In this document: one piece after another, positions 37,786-49,057 of the stretch
Layout: each line of letters begins with the position of its first letter
Numbering within the stretch: the first letter of the stretch is position 1
From: an uncultured Acidobacteriota bacterium
GTDB lineage: Bacteria; Acidobacteriota; Vicinamibacteria; Vicinamibacterales; UBA2999
DNA length: 64,000 nucleotides
Assembly: GCA_963757735.1 (NCBI GenBank)
Contig: CAVWST010000041.1
Span: forward strand, 133,932 to 197,931
Reading direction: 5' to 3'
The notes under the pieces: generated by a model
Told to the model about the DNA's origin: nothing
What the model saw: the letters and a program-made list of their open reading frames with translations, nothing else
Databases searched by the model: none
Position numbers and translations under genes: made by a program

Positions 37786-39006
37786 TTGGACATTTCATTC
37801 CAGCGTGCCATCGATCGATATGTCGGGGTGCCGATCTGCGCGCTGTTTTCCCTCATCGATCGCCTGCTGCCTGCCCCGCGACCAAGTGGACCGCCGCGCC
37901 GGATCCTGATCATCCTCCTGTCGGAAATGGGCAGCCTGGTCCTCGCGCACGCGATGTTCGCACGGCTGAAGAGGAAGTATCCGGGCGCGTCCCTCCACGC
38001 ACTGGTGTTCGCCAAAAATCGTGAGGTCCTCGATCTCCTGGGCGTGATGCCGCCAGAGAACGTGCTCACCGTCAGCGATCGTTCGCGTGACGGAGTTGAT
38101 CGGCGACGCGTTCAAGGTGGCGAGCACCATTCGACGGCTTGCCTTCGACGTCGTCATCGACTGCGAGCTGTTCGCCCGCGTCAGCGCCATCTTCTCGTTT
38201 CTGTCTGGCGCGCCTGTCCGCGTCGGGTTCTTCCGCCACACGCAGGAAGGGCTCTACCGGGGCACGTTCATCAATCGCCAGGTGATGTACAACCCCTACA
38301 CGCACCTGACGCAACAGTTCGTCGGGCTGGCCGACGCGATCGACTCACGAACGATTCCCGTGGCGAAGGATGCCGTGCTCCCGCCGCTCGAACAGCCAGC
38401 GCCGCTGCAGTTTCCCGCCGCCGAGCTGGAAGAGGTCTTCGTCGCGGCTGGACGCCGACTTTCCCGGACTCAAAGGCAAGAGCCTGGTGCTCGTGTCACC
38501 GAGCGGCGGCATTCTGCCGATTCGTGCCTGGCCGCTCGAACACTATCGCGCGCTGTGCACAAGTCTCCTCGCCGACGGTCACGCAGTGGCGATCATCGGA
38601 CTCGGCGGCGATAAGCCATTCGGCCAGGACCTCGTCGCTCACTGCCGCAGCCCGCACTGCGTGGACCTGACCGGCTACACGAAGTCGGTCACGGCATCTG
38701 CTGGCGCTCTTTCATCGCGCGTCGCTGCTCGTGACCAACGACGGCGGTCCCGGGCAATTCGCTGCGATCACACCGGTGCCGACGATCATCCTGTTCGGAC
38801 CGGAGACGCCGGTCCTCTACGGCACGCTGTCAAAGAACTCGCACTGCTTCCATCTCGGCATCCCATGTTCGCCTTGCCTCACGGCCTATAACCACCGCAC
38901 GTCGCCGTGCGATGGCGACAATCAGTGCCTGAAGCAAATCACTCCCGAGCAAGTGCTGGCCAAAGCGAGGCAGATGGTGACGCCCGAACCGGCATGGCGC
39001 ACCTGA
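37786..39006 (+). pseudogene. Glycosyltransferase family 9 (heptosyltransferase-like), about 3 frame breaks
   Basis: Fragments 37786.., 38087.., 38370.. and 38731..39006 join as ..RRILIILLSEMGSLVLAHAMF..FDVVIDCELFARVSAI..KSLVLVSPSGGILPIRAWPLEHY..LLVTNDGGPGQFAAITPVPTIILFGPE.. Confidence 0.75.
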
Positions 39007-40250
39007 GCGACACGCGCAGCGCACGTTGGCGCCTGGCATGGTACGGGCTGGCAACCGTACTCGCATTCGTTCACTTACTTCTACGGACTCGACAGCCAGC
39101 ACATTCCGAAGAACGGCGACGAGTATCCCTACGAGCACATCACACGCATGACCGCGGCGAGTGGACATTGGCTTCCGCTCCAGTCAGAGCTGCAGGATTT
39201 TCGTAACACCAAGCCGCCACTGTTGTTCTGGCAGGGCATCACGTCGACGCAGTGGGCGTCCAACTGGTCTCTCTGGAATCTGCGTTGGCCGAGCGTGATC
39301 TACACACTGCTCACGGCGGGGATGGTGTTCGTCCTGGGCTGGAAGCTGTCCGGGCACATCGAAACGGGCTTCCTTGCGATGCTGACGTTTCTTGCCTTCT
39401 TCAGCACGTATCGCTACGGCCGCCCGTTTCTCACCGACTCCCCCTCGGTGTTCTGGCTGTTTGCTCCCTGCTTCGCGCTGCTCCTATCGAGACAGAGGAT
39501 TCTCGAATCGCGCGTGGTCATGCCGCTCATGCTCGGGGCGTTCACCGGCATCGGGCTGCTGTACAAATCATTCGCGCTGCTGCTGCCAGTCGGTCTCTGG
39601 CTCGCGTGGGCGCATCTGCGACGTCGTCGCTACGAGTTCTCAACGTTCCTCACACGCGATGCCGGCAAACTCGTCATCCTCGGCATCGTCGCCCTCGCGA
39701 TCTTCAGCCTCTGGTTTCTGCTCGATCCCGATCCGCGCGCCATCGTTACGAAATTTGTTCTCGAGGAAAACGTCGGCAAGTTCGCGGCGCAGGGTGGCTA
39801 CCTGAAGAACCTCTTCTGGGGAGTATCGAGCATCTGGCGGCTCGTCGTGTCCTATCCGATCAACGCGGGCCTGCTGATGTTTCCGGTCATCGGGCTCTTC
39901 TACGTCTCCTTCACCCGTCGCACTCAGTTGAGCGACGAAGAAAAGCTGCTGTGGATGTGGGTCCTCACTGCTGTTCGTCGTCTTCAGCCTGCCGAGCCAG
40001 CGCGACGAACGCTATCTCCTGCCCGCGATGCCGGCGTTGGCGGTGCTTGCGTGCCCTCAACTGGGAGCGCATCAGCAGGCAGGCGTTTGCGGTAAGCCTC
40101 GTGGTGACGGGTGTCGGCGTGCTCCTGATGATCCACCTGTCCTTTGAACTGCAGCACAGCGCAGGCCCGCTGTATCCCGATTGGCTACTGGGTCCTCCTG
40201 TCGGCGACCCTGACTCGTCGTCTCAACTGCACTCGCGGTATCCAGACTGA
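38994..40250 (+). pseudogene. ArnT/PMT-like (GT39/GT83-type) membrane glycosyltransferase, at least 3 frame breaks
   Basis: ATG 38994 (MAHLSDTRSARWRLAWYGLATVLAFV..) overlaps the GT9 stop. The main fragment is 39148..40095 (..KPPLLFWQGITS..multi-TM..), followed by ..FSLPSQRDERYLLPAMPALAVL.. in other frames. The 3' end is uncertain. Confidence 0.55.
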
Positions 40251-40276
40251 CGCGGCCTCTCGTCAACGTCGCAGTG

Positions 40277-41261
40277 CTACTCGGATTCCTTAGCTTCGCA
40301 GCCTTCTTCAGGCCTTTCGATGGGGCGCGCGGCACGTATGGCGCGGACGTTCAGGCACTCGTGAACGGCCGCACGTGTGGGTGCCGACGAACTTCGCCGC
40401 ACGAGAAGAAGGCCATCGCTTTCTTCTGCCGGGAGCCGACGTGCGCGGGTATCCCCTGGATTCGAATCTGACGGCCGCTGATCTCGCGACCCGTTATCCG
40501 ATATTCGCGGTTCGCGTTCCAATGAGCGCGCCCATGTGTCAGCGTCGGGAGGGTGCTGGGCGAGCGCCTCGACATCGCGACGCGTCACACTTCGGCTCAG
40601 ATCGTCGAGATGTTGGGCGGTAAGGTCTTCGAGTATCTCTTCGTCCGGGAGCTCCTCATCGAAGTCACGAACCCACCCGTCAGCCAGACGAGCGAGACAA
40701 GGCAGAAGACGGGGTCGAGCAGGTAGTCCCAGTAATTGGTCGATTCGAGCAGGCGCAGGTGAAACGCGGCCGCGGCCAGCAACAACAGAAATCCGAACCT
40801 GTTCTGTTTCCAGATCAGCCACGACAGTCAGCGCTCGCGATCACGACGAACAGCGGACTGAAGCGCCAGCCCCACTCGTACGGATCGATGCTGCCGACAC
40901 CGAGTGCGAACGGATAGAGCGCGAGGCCGCCGAGTGCACCGAACAGTCCAGGCCGTCCGTCCACTCCGCCGACGAGAGAATCGGACGCTCCAAGACGCGC
41001 GCTCCCAGACGAGCGGCTGCCAGCAACCCGGTCAGCGGGACACTGAAATTTGCGTTGAGGCCGGCAACCCACCGCGCGATCACGAGCCCCTCCGATCGGC
41101 AGCATCAGCAGCGCGAGCGCCGCGGCTCCCGCCAGACACAGCATCAGCGCCCAGCCGGCAGGCGCGATCCGCGCCGGCTGGCGACGTGATGAAAACAGAG
41201 CGTCAGAGCGAGCCACGGGCAGGCGGCAGCGAACAACGCGGCGGCGCTCGTCGTGCGTCAT
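40277..41261 (-). pseudogene. Fragmented integral membrane protein (function unknown)
   Basis: Hydrophobic pieces sit in three frames (40815..41354 tail, 40841..41083, 40597..40785, 40277..40822). Limits and product are poorly defined. Confidence 0.3.
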
Positions 41262-42421
41262 GGCGTCGATCTCGCTCCGGCGCTCGTCGAGCCACGACGT
41301 GTTGAAGACGACGTGCTTCATTGACGTGCGCCGCCATGTGTAGACGAGATGCACGTCGCCGTTGCGCGACTTGCATCAGGAATGGATACGAGAAGTCGGC
41401 TCCAGGTTCTGTCTGCGAGCGTCGCAACGCGCGTCCACGTCCGCCCTTCGTCTGCCGACAGGGCGAGGCGCAGGTTCTCGCGGCCGCTCACCGAGTCGTT
41501 GAACGCAACGAGCAGGCGGCCATCTCTCAATCGAAGCGCGTCGAGGCCGGCATCAGGATTGGGCAGGTCTACTGGCTGCGGACGCGACCACGTCAGACCT
41601 GCATCTTCGGTCCGCGTGACGGACATCGTTTTCGCGCGCCGTCATCCCGCAGCACAGCCAGCGCGCGCCGGGCGTCGAGCGGGTTCGAGCGCAGGCTGGT
41701 AACCGTACCAGCCCGCGCTCATCCGGCTTTTGGTGGCCTGGACTTCTCCGGCCGTCTCCCGCAGCCACAGCACCTCGGGGAACGTGCCGATCAAGCTCGT
41801 GATAGATCGGCACGGCCCACCCGCCACCGGCGAGCGCGACGGGCGCGTTCTTCACCAGCTCGCTGAGATTGAAGAACGGCCCGAGCGTCAGCCGCTGGCT
41901 CGGCGTCCACGTCACACCTTCGTCGGCGGAGGTCGTGAGATTCAGCGAGCTGCCCGACCATCCCCCAATCGACACGGTTACGAAGATCAGCCACAGCTTC
42001 CCTGCCGAATCCGCGAAGACGACCGAGTTGCCGACCTTCTTGATGTAGCGGTTCAGGTCGCGCGCGGCGGATTCGCGAGTCACGATCGCGCGCGGCGGCG
42101 ACCACCGTGAGCTCGGCCGGCGACGCGTGTCGAAAAGAAGATGGCGACGTCGCCTGCTCCTTCGCGCGACCCGGCATACCACGCCGCTGCGAGACGGCCG
42201 TTCGGCAGTTCAGCGATCGACGCGACGTGCGCCATCGGGTGCGGCGAATCAGGATCGATGACTTCCTCACGGAAAAATGGCTGTCCGCGTCGCGTGAGTC
42301 CAACTGAGGCGGAGTGACGAAGCTCGGTGAGGGACCGAGGACGGCGTCGAAGCCACGGCCAGCCGTTCAACGCGACGGCCAGCAGCATCCCGACGCCTCG
42401 CGTCCAGAATGATCGCCTCAA
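41262..42421 (-). pseudogene. BNR-repeat (sialidase-fold) protein, several frame breaks
   Basis: BNR motifs SxDxGxTW: TTSADEGVTWTP (41553..42182 fragment), TRTEDAGLTWSR and LSADEGRTWTR (41318..41626 fragment). The N-terminal fragment is 42080..42421, and the C-terminus ..HLVYTWRRTSMKHVVFNTSWL lies in 40815..41354. Confidence 0.6.
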
Positions 42422-42471
42422 TCCGGTGATAATAGCCGAGGTTCGATGTCGGGACGGACCGCTCGGAATTC

Positions 42472-45400
42472 ATGATTGGTAGCTCATTCGGCCACTACAA
42501 GATCGAGACGCAGCTCGGAGCCGGCGGCATGGGCGTCGTCTATCGAGCCTACGACACGATGCTGCGGCGCCGCGTGGCCATCAAGTTCCTGAAGGGCGCT
42601 CACGGACGACCAGAACCGCGCGCGGCTGTTGAAGGAGGCACGCGCAGCCTCGGCCCTGAATCACCCCAACATCTGCACCATCCACGAGGTCGCCGAAAGT
42701 CGACGACCAGACGTGCATCGTCATGGAGTACGTCCAGGGCGTGCAGCTCGAGTCGATGATCGTGCCAGGCGGGCTGCCGGCTGAGACGTTGTTCCGCTAC
42801 GGCCTGCAAATCTCGGACGCGCTGATGCACGCGCACGATCGCGGCATCGTGCATCGCGACCTGAAGGCCGCGAACGTCATTATCGGCACCGACGGACGGC
42901 TAAAGGTGCTCGACTTCGGGCTCGCACACCGGCTTCCGGGGTACGAAACCGAGAACGCCACGCAGTCCTTCTCGCTCCTGGCTGAACCGGAGACGGTGGC
43001 GGGCACGCTGGCCTATATCGCGCCGGAGACCCTGAAGACCGGACAGTCCGATGCGCGCAGCGACGTCTGGTCACTCGGCGTGTTGTTCTACGAGATGGTG
43101 TCGGGGCGTCAACCGTATCGGGGAATCAGGGGCCTCGAACTGGTTTCGAAGGTGATGGACGATCGCCCTGTCCCGCAGTTGAGCGGTCGCGTTCCCGGAC
43201 CGCTGCGCTCGATCATCCACCGCTGCCTCGACAAAGACCCTGCGCTCCGCTATCAGAATTCGCGTGAGGTCTTCACGGCGCTCGAGACTGCGCAGAATGC
43301 TCCCGAGTGGCGCGGGCCCGACGAAGATCGCCATCGGCGTTGCAGCGCTCCTCGTCCTTGCCATCGGCGGCGGCCTTGTCTACCGCCAGTTCGCGACACG
43401 CGAACCGGCCGCGACGATTTCCGCGGGGCCGGTTCCTTCACCAGTCACCGCTCGACGCGCCGTCGCCGTCCTCGGGTTCAAGAATCTGTCTGGTGAAGCG
43501 TCGGTCGCGTGGCTTTCGACCGCACTCGCGGAGATGCTGACGACGGAGCTGGCGGCGGGAGAACAGTTGCGAACGATCCCCGGCGAGAACGTCGCGCGCA
43601 TGAAGAGCGACCTCCAACTCGCCGATGCCGACAGCTTCGCGTCCGACACGTTGGCGCGCATCACCACCAGCCTCGGCAGCGACGTCGTGGTGTTCGGGTC
43701 GTACACCGTGATCGGCGATAGCGATCCGCTTCGACGTGCGCATGCAGGATGCACGAGCGGGCGAAACAGTCGCCGCCGTTGCCGAGACCGGCCGCGAGAG
43801 TGAGCTGTTCGGGATCGTCTCGAGAATCGGAAGCCGTCTGCGTAACCGGCTTGGCGTAACAGAGCTCTCGGCTTCCCAGGTCGCGAGCGTTGAGGCTTCG
43901 TTGCCGTCGAATCCGGCGGCAGCGCGGATGTATGCCGAGGGACTGGCACAGTTGCGTCTCTACGACGCGCAAGCCGCCCGGCGTTCGCTCGAGCAGGCTG
44001 TGAACGCCGACCCGAAGCTTCCGCTCGCGCACTCCGCCCTGGCGCTGGCGTGGTCCGCCCTCGGTTACGACGAACGCGCGCAGCAGTCTGCGAAACGTGC
44101 GTACGAGCTATCGGCCAGTCTCGCCCGCGAAGATCGCATGTGGGTCGAAGGCCGTTACCACGACGCGATGAACGAGCATGCGAGAGGCGATCAAGACCTA
44201 CCAGGCGCTCTACAGCTTCTTTCCCGACAACCTCGAGTACGGGCTGCAACTCGCCTCGGCTCAAACGTCGGCAGGCAAGGGACAAGATGCGCTCGGGACG
44301 ATTGATTCACTGCGCCGGCTCGCGCCTCCGGTCAGGGACGACCCGCGCATCGACAGCGCAGAAGCGACTGCGGCCAGTTCGCTGTCCGACTACAAGCGAC
44401 AGCAGGCCGCGGCTGGGCGCGCGGTCGCGAAGGGGCGGACAGCAGGGAGCCCGGCTCCTGGTCGCGAGCGCCCTGCTCTTGGAGGGAAACGCCTGGCAGG
44501 AACTGGGAGAAACGCCAAAGGCCATCGCGGCTGCCAACGAAGCACGTGAGATCTACGCGTCTGCTGGCGATCGCGGGGGCGAGAGTCGCGCGCTCCGCGC
44601 AGCGGGCATCTCGTTGCGGTCGCAGGGAGATCTCGCGGCGGCCAGACAGATGTACGAACGCGGACTCGCTGTCGCCCGGGAGATCGGGGACCAGAGCACA
44701 ACCGCGGGTCTGCTGAACAACATCGCGAATGTGCTCAGGCAGCAAGGCTCGCTTGCAGCCGCGCTGACGACGTATCAGGAGTCGCTCGCCATCTCTCGCG
44801 AGATCGGCGACAGAAGCGCGGTCGCGCTCATCCTGAACAACATGGCGATCGGTCTGCGCGTGCAGGGCGATCTCGCCGGCGCGAAGAAGAACTACCTCGA
44901 AGCGCTCGCCATTCGCCGCGAGATCGGCGAGAAGGCCGGTATGGCGGAGACGTTGAACAACCTCGCCAATCTCATGTCGGACGAAGGCGACCTCAGTGGA
45001 GCCATGAAGCTGTACGAGGAAACGCGTCGGACCGCAGAGGAGATCGGCGACAAACGGAGCGTCGCGATGGCGTGGTTCAACCTGGGCGAGATGCAGCGGC
45101 TGCAAGGAAGTCTCTCGACCTCGCGCACGTCCTACGACCAGGCGTTGTCGCTTCGTCGATCGCTCGAGGATAGGAGTGCGGTTGCACGCACGCTCGCGAG
45201 CATCGGCATGGTGCAGGCCGCGCAGGCACGGCTGCCAGAGGCACGAAAGACGTACGAAGACGCACTCGCCCTGCTCGAGGCCGTTGGTGAAAAGCAGGGC
45301 ATCGCTCGCGTGCACAACTTCATCGGAACGCTGAGCCTGCATGAGAGACGCTCTGCCGAGGCGCAGAAGCTACTCCGTCAGGCCGCCGCAGAGTTCCGCG

Positions 45401-45805
45401 CGTTGAAGGCGGCGGACGAAGAAGCCGCGTCGCTGGCCGTGCTCGCGAAGGCGCTGCTTGCGGAGGGCAAGATGCAGGAAGCTGAGAAGACGATCCAGGA
45501 AGCACTCCGGTCTGGTCGAGCCGACAAGCAATCGCCAGTGGCACCTCGAGGTCGGTATCGCCGCCGCACGCGTGGAGGCCGCGACCGGCAAGCACGCCGC
45601 TGCCGCAACCAGACTGCGCAAGATCCGCGCCGATGCGAAAGGTTTTCTGGCAGTCGAGTTCGACGCCGATATGGCGCTGGGCGAAGTGGAGATCGCGTCG
45701 GGCCAGGTTGCGCAGGGCCGTTCGCGGCTCGAGGCGCTCGAGCGCCAGGCACGATCGAAAGACTTCCTTCTTGTCGCCAATCAGGCGGCGGCCGCTCGCC
45801 GCTGA
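42472..45805 (+). pseudogene. Ser/Thr protein kinase with TM segment and long TPR region (~1110 aa), at least 6 frame breaks
   Basis: Kinase subdomains [44 protein letters not shown] and TLAYIAPE span fragments 42472.. and 42723... A TM segment follows (IAIGVAALLVLAIGGGL), then TPR repeats in 44050..45954 (..LNNIANVLRQQGSLAAAL..LNNLANLMSDEGDLSGAM..). The terminal fragment is 45458..45805. Confidence 0.8.
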
Positions 45806-45835
45806 AGACTGGCTGTTCTGCCCGCAGAACAACCC

Positions 45836-46804
45836 TCAGAGAATTGATTGCGGCGTTTCCGCAACCGCCGCGGCGCGCGTGCGCGACACGCGGCGATACC
45901 ACCACGCAGTCAATAACGGTGTCAGGATGGCGGTCACAATCACCGAAGCGGTGACCTGAATCGTCGCTGCAGCGGCTACTGGTGCAAACGAGGTGTCAGC
46001 TAACGCCACCGCTTGCGGCACCGCCGCCGAGTTCCCAGCCGTGCTCGACGCCGCCGCACCCGCCACACCCGAACCGCCGAGCAGCCGATCAATCGCGATG
46101 CACACAGCACCCGTCACTATCACCACGGTCAGGCCGAGGACCACACCCGGAAGCCCTGCAGTCACGACCGACGTCAGATTGATTGTCTGTCCCAGCGTAA
46201 ACGCCATGAACGGAACGATGATCGGCTCGTGCGACGCGAAGAACTCTTTCAACTCATCGTCGAGATTTCCGAGGATCGCGCCGACCACGATCGGTGCGAT
46301 CACTGACACCATCGTCAGCCATGGAATCACTGCCAGGCCCGTCCCCACGAAGATCAGCATCGTCAGAAACGGTCCGGTTTCGATGCTCTGCACCACATAG
46401 GTGCCGGAATCATCCTTGTCACCCATTACGCCTGTCAGGGCGAGGAACATGCCGCCATTGGTGTCGCTCATGGCAACCATCACCGCGAGGGTACTCAGTC
46501 CCAGGATGCTGCCCTCGAACAGGTGCGCGACGGCCAGCGCGAAGAGCGTGGCGGTGCCGACCTTGGCGGTGAGAAGACCGAACCCGCGCAGCAGCATCCG
46601 CGGCGCTGCACGCACTGTCATCTTCGTGCCGACCGTGAAGAGATACATCCCGAGCACGGTCGGATAGCCCACTCCGCTCAGCGCCTGCGTGAAGCCGCCA
46701 ATCTGCAGCAACCTCGGGAAGAAGGTGTTGATGACCATGCCGATGAAGAGCGGCACGACCATCAGTCCGCCGGGTACGCGAGTGACGAATCGATAGATTC
46801 TCAT
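45836..46804 (-). CDS. kdgT: 2-keto-3-deoxygluconate permease family transporter
   Basis: 322 aa: MRIYRFVTRVPGGLMVVPLFIGMVINTFFP..SDTNGGMFLAL..AAASSTAGNSAAVP.., typical of KdgT. Confidence 0.8.
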   Translation of the reverse strand: MRIYRFVTRVPGGLMVVPLFIGMVINTFFPRLLQIGGFTQALSGVGYPTVLGMYLFTVGTKMTVRAAPRMLLRGFGLLTAKVGTATLFALAVAHLFEGSILGLSTLAVMVAMSDTNGGMFLALTGVMGDKDDSGTYVVQSIETGPFLTMLIFVGTGLAVIPWLTMVSVIAPIVVGAILGNLDDELKEFFASHEPIIVPFMAFTLGQTINLTSVVTAGLPGVVLGLTVVIVTGAVCIAIDRLLGGSGVAGAAASSTAGNSAAVPQAVALADTSFAPVAAAATIQVTASVIVTAILTPLLTAWWYRRVSRTRAAAVAETPQSIL

Positions 46805-46840
46805 GGTGCGCTCAGCGATCTCCTGTGAGTCGGCGAGTGA

Positions 46841-47872
46841 CTACGGCTGTCGGGGCTGTGCCGCAGCGGGCACGATGGTCGCCGGCAGCGGCCAGTTGCC
46901 GTCGTACGGCGGCCAGTTGGGAACGGCGAGCTCCGGTGATGGATAGAACATGGCCGTGTAGATCGTCCGAATCTTCGCCTCGTCGATCACGAACCACTCG
47001 CTGAACACGTTTCGCGGGGTCGGCGATCCCGGCCGGCGAATGAACACAGCGTAGCCGAGTGCCACCTGCGCCTCTTCGTCCACCACCGGAATCCTTCGCG
47101 CAACGACCATCGACAGGTTGAAGTTGGCCAGCCCCGAGACGCAGTCGTTGTTTGCGTTCGCGGGTGGCGCGGCCTGCCCTGCCGGAGGATTCGCGGGCGC
47201 GTTCGGCGGCAAGAAGCGGCCTGCTGGTGCCGGCGATCCGTTCTCGACGCGTCCGCAGCCCGGATGCGTCATCGCAACCGAGTTGTCATGCGACGTGATC
47301 GCATCGAAGTAGCTGTTGACGATGCGGACGAGCGTGGCGCGATCCGACCGCTCGTTCACCGGGACGACGCGATCGGGCGGCGGGTTCTTCGACAGATAGT
47401 CCGGGTTGTGAAGATTGGCCGGAGGTCTCCCCGGCTGACGCGGGCCGTTCAAGCCGGGATCGTCGGCCCGCGCGAGGTACCACTCTGCTTCGGTCAGTCG
47501 ACGGCCTTCAACGCGCACACGGACGGTCACGATCGCGGTGCCGCCACTCTCCTCCACCGTGCCGTAGTACGCCGCCTGGCCGCTGACTGGATCGAGATAC
47601 CGACGCTGCACGGCGCCGAGGCCGGTGACCGTCTTCCAGACGCCATTGCCTGGCCGCACATTGATGGCGTTCTCGGTCTGCCGGAATCCGACCACGAGCG
47701 GGGCAGCTGCTGGATCGTGCTTGATCACGGCGTTCAAGTACTGATCGAGCATCGTGCGCAAACATGCGCGGTCGCATGCCTCCTGCGCCGAGGCGCTCAC
47801 CGTTCCCACTGCCATCATCATCACGCTGCAGACGATCCACCTGGCATATCGCGACATCGAGATCCTCCCCAT
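46841..47872 (-). CDS. Secreted hypothetical protein
   Basis: 343 aa with signal-like ARWIVCSVMMMAVGTVSASA and a Pro/Ala-rich internal linker. No family recognised. The start may be the ATG at 47857. Confidence 0.55.
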   Translation of the reverse strand: MGRISMSRYARWIVCSVMMMAVGTVSASAQEACDRACLRTMLDQYLNAVIKHDPAAAPLVVGFRQTENAINVRPGNGVWKTVTGLGAVQRRYLDPVSGQAAYYGTVEESGGTAIVTVRVRVEGRRLTEAEWYLARADDPGLNGPRQPGRPPANLHNPDYLSKNPPPDRVVPVNERSDRATLVRIVNSYFDAITSHDNSVAMTHPGCGRVENGSPAPAGRFLPPNAPANPPAGQAAPPANANNDCVSGLANFNLSMVVARRIPVVDEEAQVALGYAVFIRRPGSPTPRNVFSEWFVIDEAKIRTIYTAMFYPSPELAVPNWPPYDGNWPLPATIVPAAAQPRQP

Positions 47873-47951
47873 ATGACTCAGTCCGACTCAGCTCCCCGAG
47901 CCATCAAAGAAGTCGCGTAGACTCTCTCCCGAGTCGCCATCCGAATTCAAC

Positions 47952-48911
47952 ATGAGTTCACAACCAACCGTCCTCGTCACCCGCAAGCTTCCCGATGCCG
48001 TGGAGGCTCGCCTGCGTCGCGATTACGCCGCGCGCCTGAATCCTGATGATCGGCTCTACTCGCACGACGAGCTCATCGAACGCTCGCGCGGCGCTCAGGC
48101 GATCCTTCCGTGTCACACGGAGCATTTCACCGCGCAGGTTCTCGAGCGCCTGCCAGCGGACGTCAGGATCATCGCCAATTTCTCAGTCGGCTACGACCAC
48201 GTCGACGTGAACGCTGCCCGCGCCAGAGGGATCGTGGTGACGAATACGCCAGACGTGTTGTCCGATGCGACCGCCGAACTGACGATGATGCTGATGATCG
48301 GTGCGGCTCGCCGTGCCGGCGAGGGTGAAAGGCTGGTGCGTGAGCGGCTGTGGAAAGACTGGAGCCCTGCGTTCATGGTGGGCACACAGGTCACGGGCAA
48401 ACGGTTGGGCATCCTCGGGATGGGTCGAGTGGGTCGCGTCGTGGCGCGGCGTGCGCGCGGGTTCGATATGCGGATTCACTATCACGACCTCCGCCGGCTC
48501 GAGGGCTCAGACGAGGGCGTCTATCACCAGACGTTCGAGGAGATGCTTCCTCATTGCGACTTCCTCAGCCTGCACTGCAACGTCACTCCCGACACACGGG
48601 GGGTGATGAACGCACAACGGTTCGCGCGGCTACCTGACGGCGCCATCCTGGTCAACGCCGCTCGCGGTGCGCTCGTGGACGATGATGCCCTTGTGGACGT
48701 GCTGAGGTCGGGAAAACTACGCGCGGCCGGAATCGACGCCTACAACAACGAGCCCAACGTCGATCCTCGGTTGACCGCATTGTCCAACACGTTTCTCATG
48801 CCCCACATCGGCAGCGCGACGAGCGAAACGCGCGATGCGATGGGCTTCCGCGCGCTCGACAATCTCGACGCGTTCTTCGCAGGACGCGAGCCGGGCGACC
48901 GGATCGCGTAG
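47952..48911 (+). CDS. D-isomer-specific 2-hydroxyacid dehydrogenase (glyoxylate/hydroxypyruvate reductase-like)
   Basis: 319 aa with NAD-binding GILGMGRVGRVVARRA and catalytic region ..LVNAARGALVD...PHIGSAT.. Confidence 0.85.
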   Translation: MSSQPTVLVTRKLPDAVEARLRRDYAARLNPDDRLYSHDELIERSRGAQAILPCHTEHFTAQVLERLPADVRIIANFSVGYDHVDVNAARARGIVVTNTPDVLSDATAELTMMLMIGAARRAGEGERLVRERLWKDWSPAFMVGTQVTGKRLGILGMGRVGRVVARRARGFDMRIHYHDLRRLEGSDEGVYHQTFEEMLPHCDFLSLHCNVTPDTRGVMNAQRFARLPDGAILVNAARGALVDDDALVDVLRSGKLRAAGIDAYNNEPNVDPRLTALSNTFLMPHIGSATSETRDAMGFRALDNLDAFFAGREPGDRIA

Positions 48912-48930
48912 ACGACGGCGCGGCACTCAC

Positions 48931-48968
48931 AAACGAAAGGGCCAGGATCTCTCCCGGCCTTTTCGTTT
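48931..48968 (+). terminator. Stem-loop (AAACGAAAGGGCC...GGCCTTTTCGTTT) followed by a T-rich tract
   Basis: Read directly, 20 nt downstream of the stop at 48909-48911. The outer arms match at 12 of 13 positions. Confidence 0.6.
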
Positions 48969-48980
48969 TGGAACACCGGT

Positions 48981-49043
48981 CAACTCCCAACGCCCAATCT
49001 CCAACTCCCAATTTTGGGAGTTGGAGTTGGAGGTTGGGAATTG
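48981..49043. repeat. Inverted pair of CCCAACT/AGTTGGG heptamer runs forming a long imperfect hairpin between convergent genes
   Basis: caactcc caacgcc caatctc caactcc caa tt ttgggag ttggagt tggaggt tgggaattg. The central 11 bp pair perfectly. Same heptamer family as 19174-19234. Confidence 0.7.
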
Positions 49044-49057
49044 ACGCTCAGTTGCAG

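Noticed and set aside
44332-45342. 336-aa minus ORF opposite the TPR region of the kinase gene
   Set aside because: It is antisense to clear TPR repeats and has an Arg-rich, motif-free sequence.
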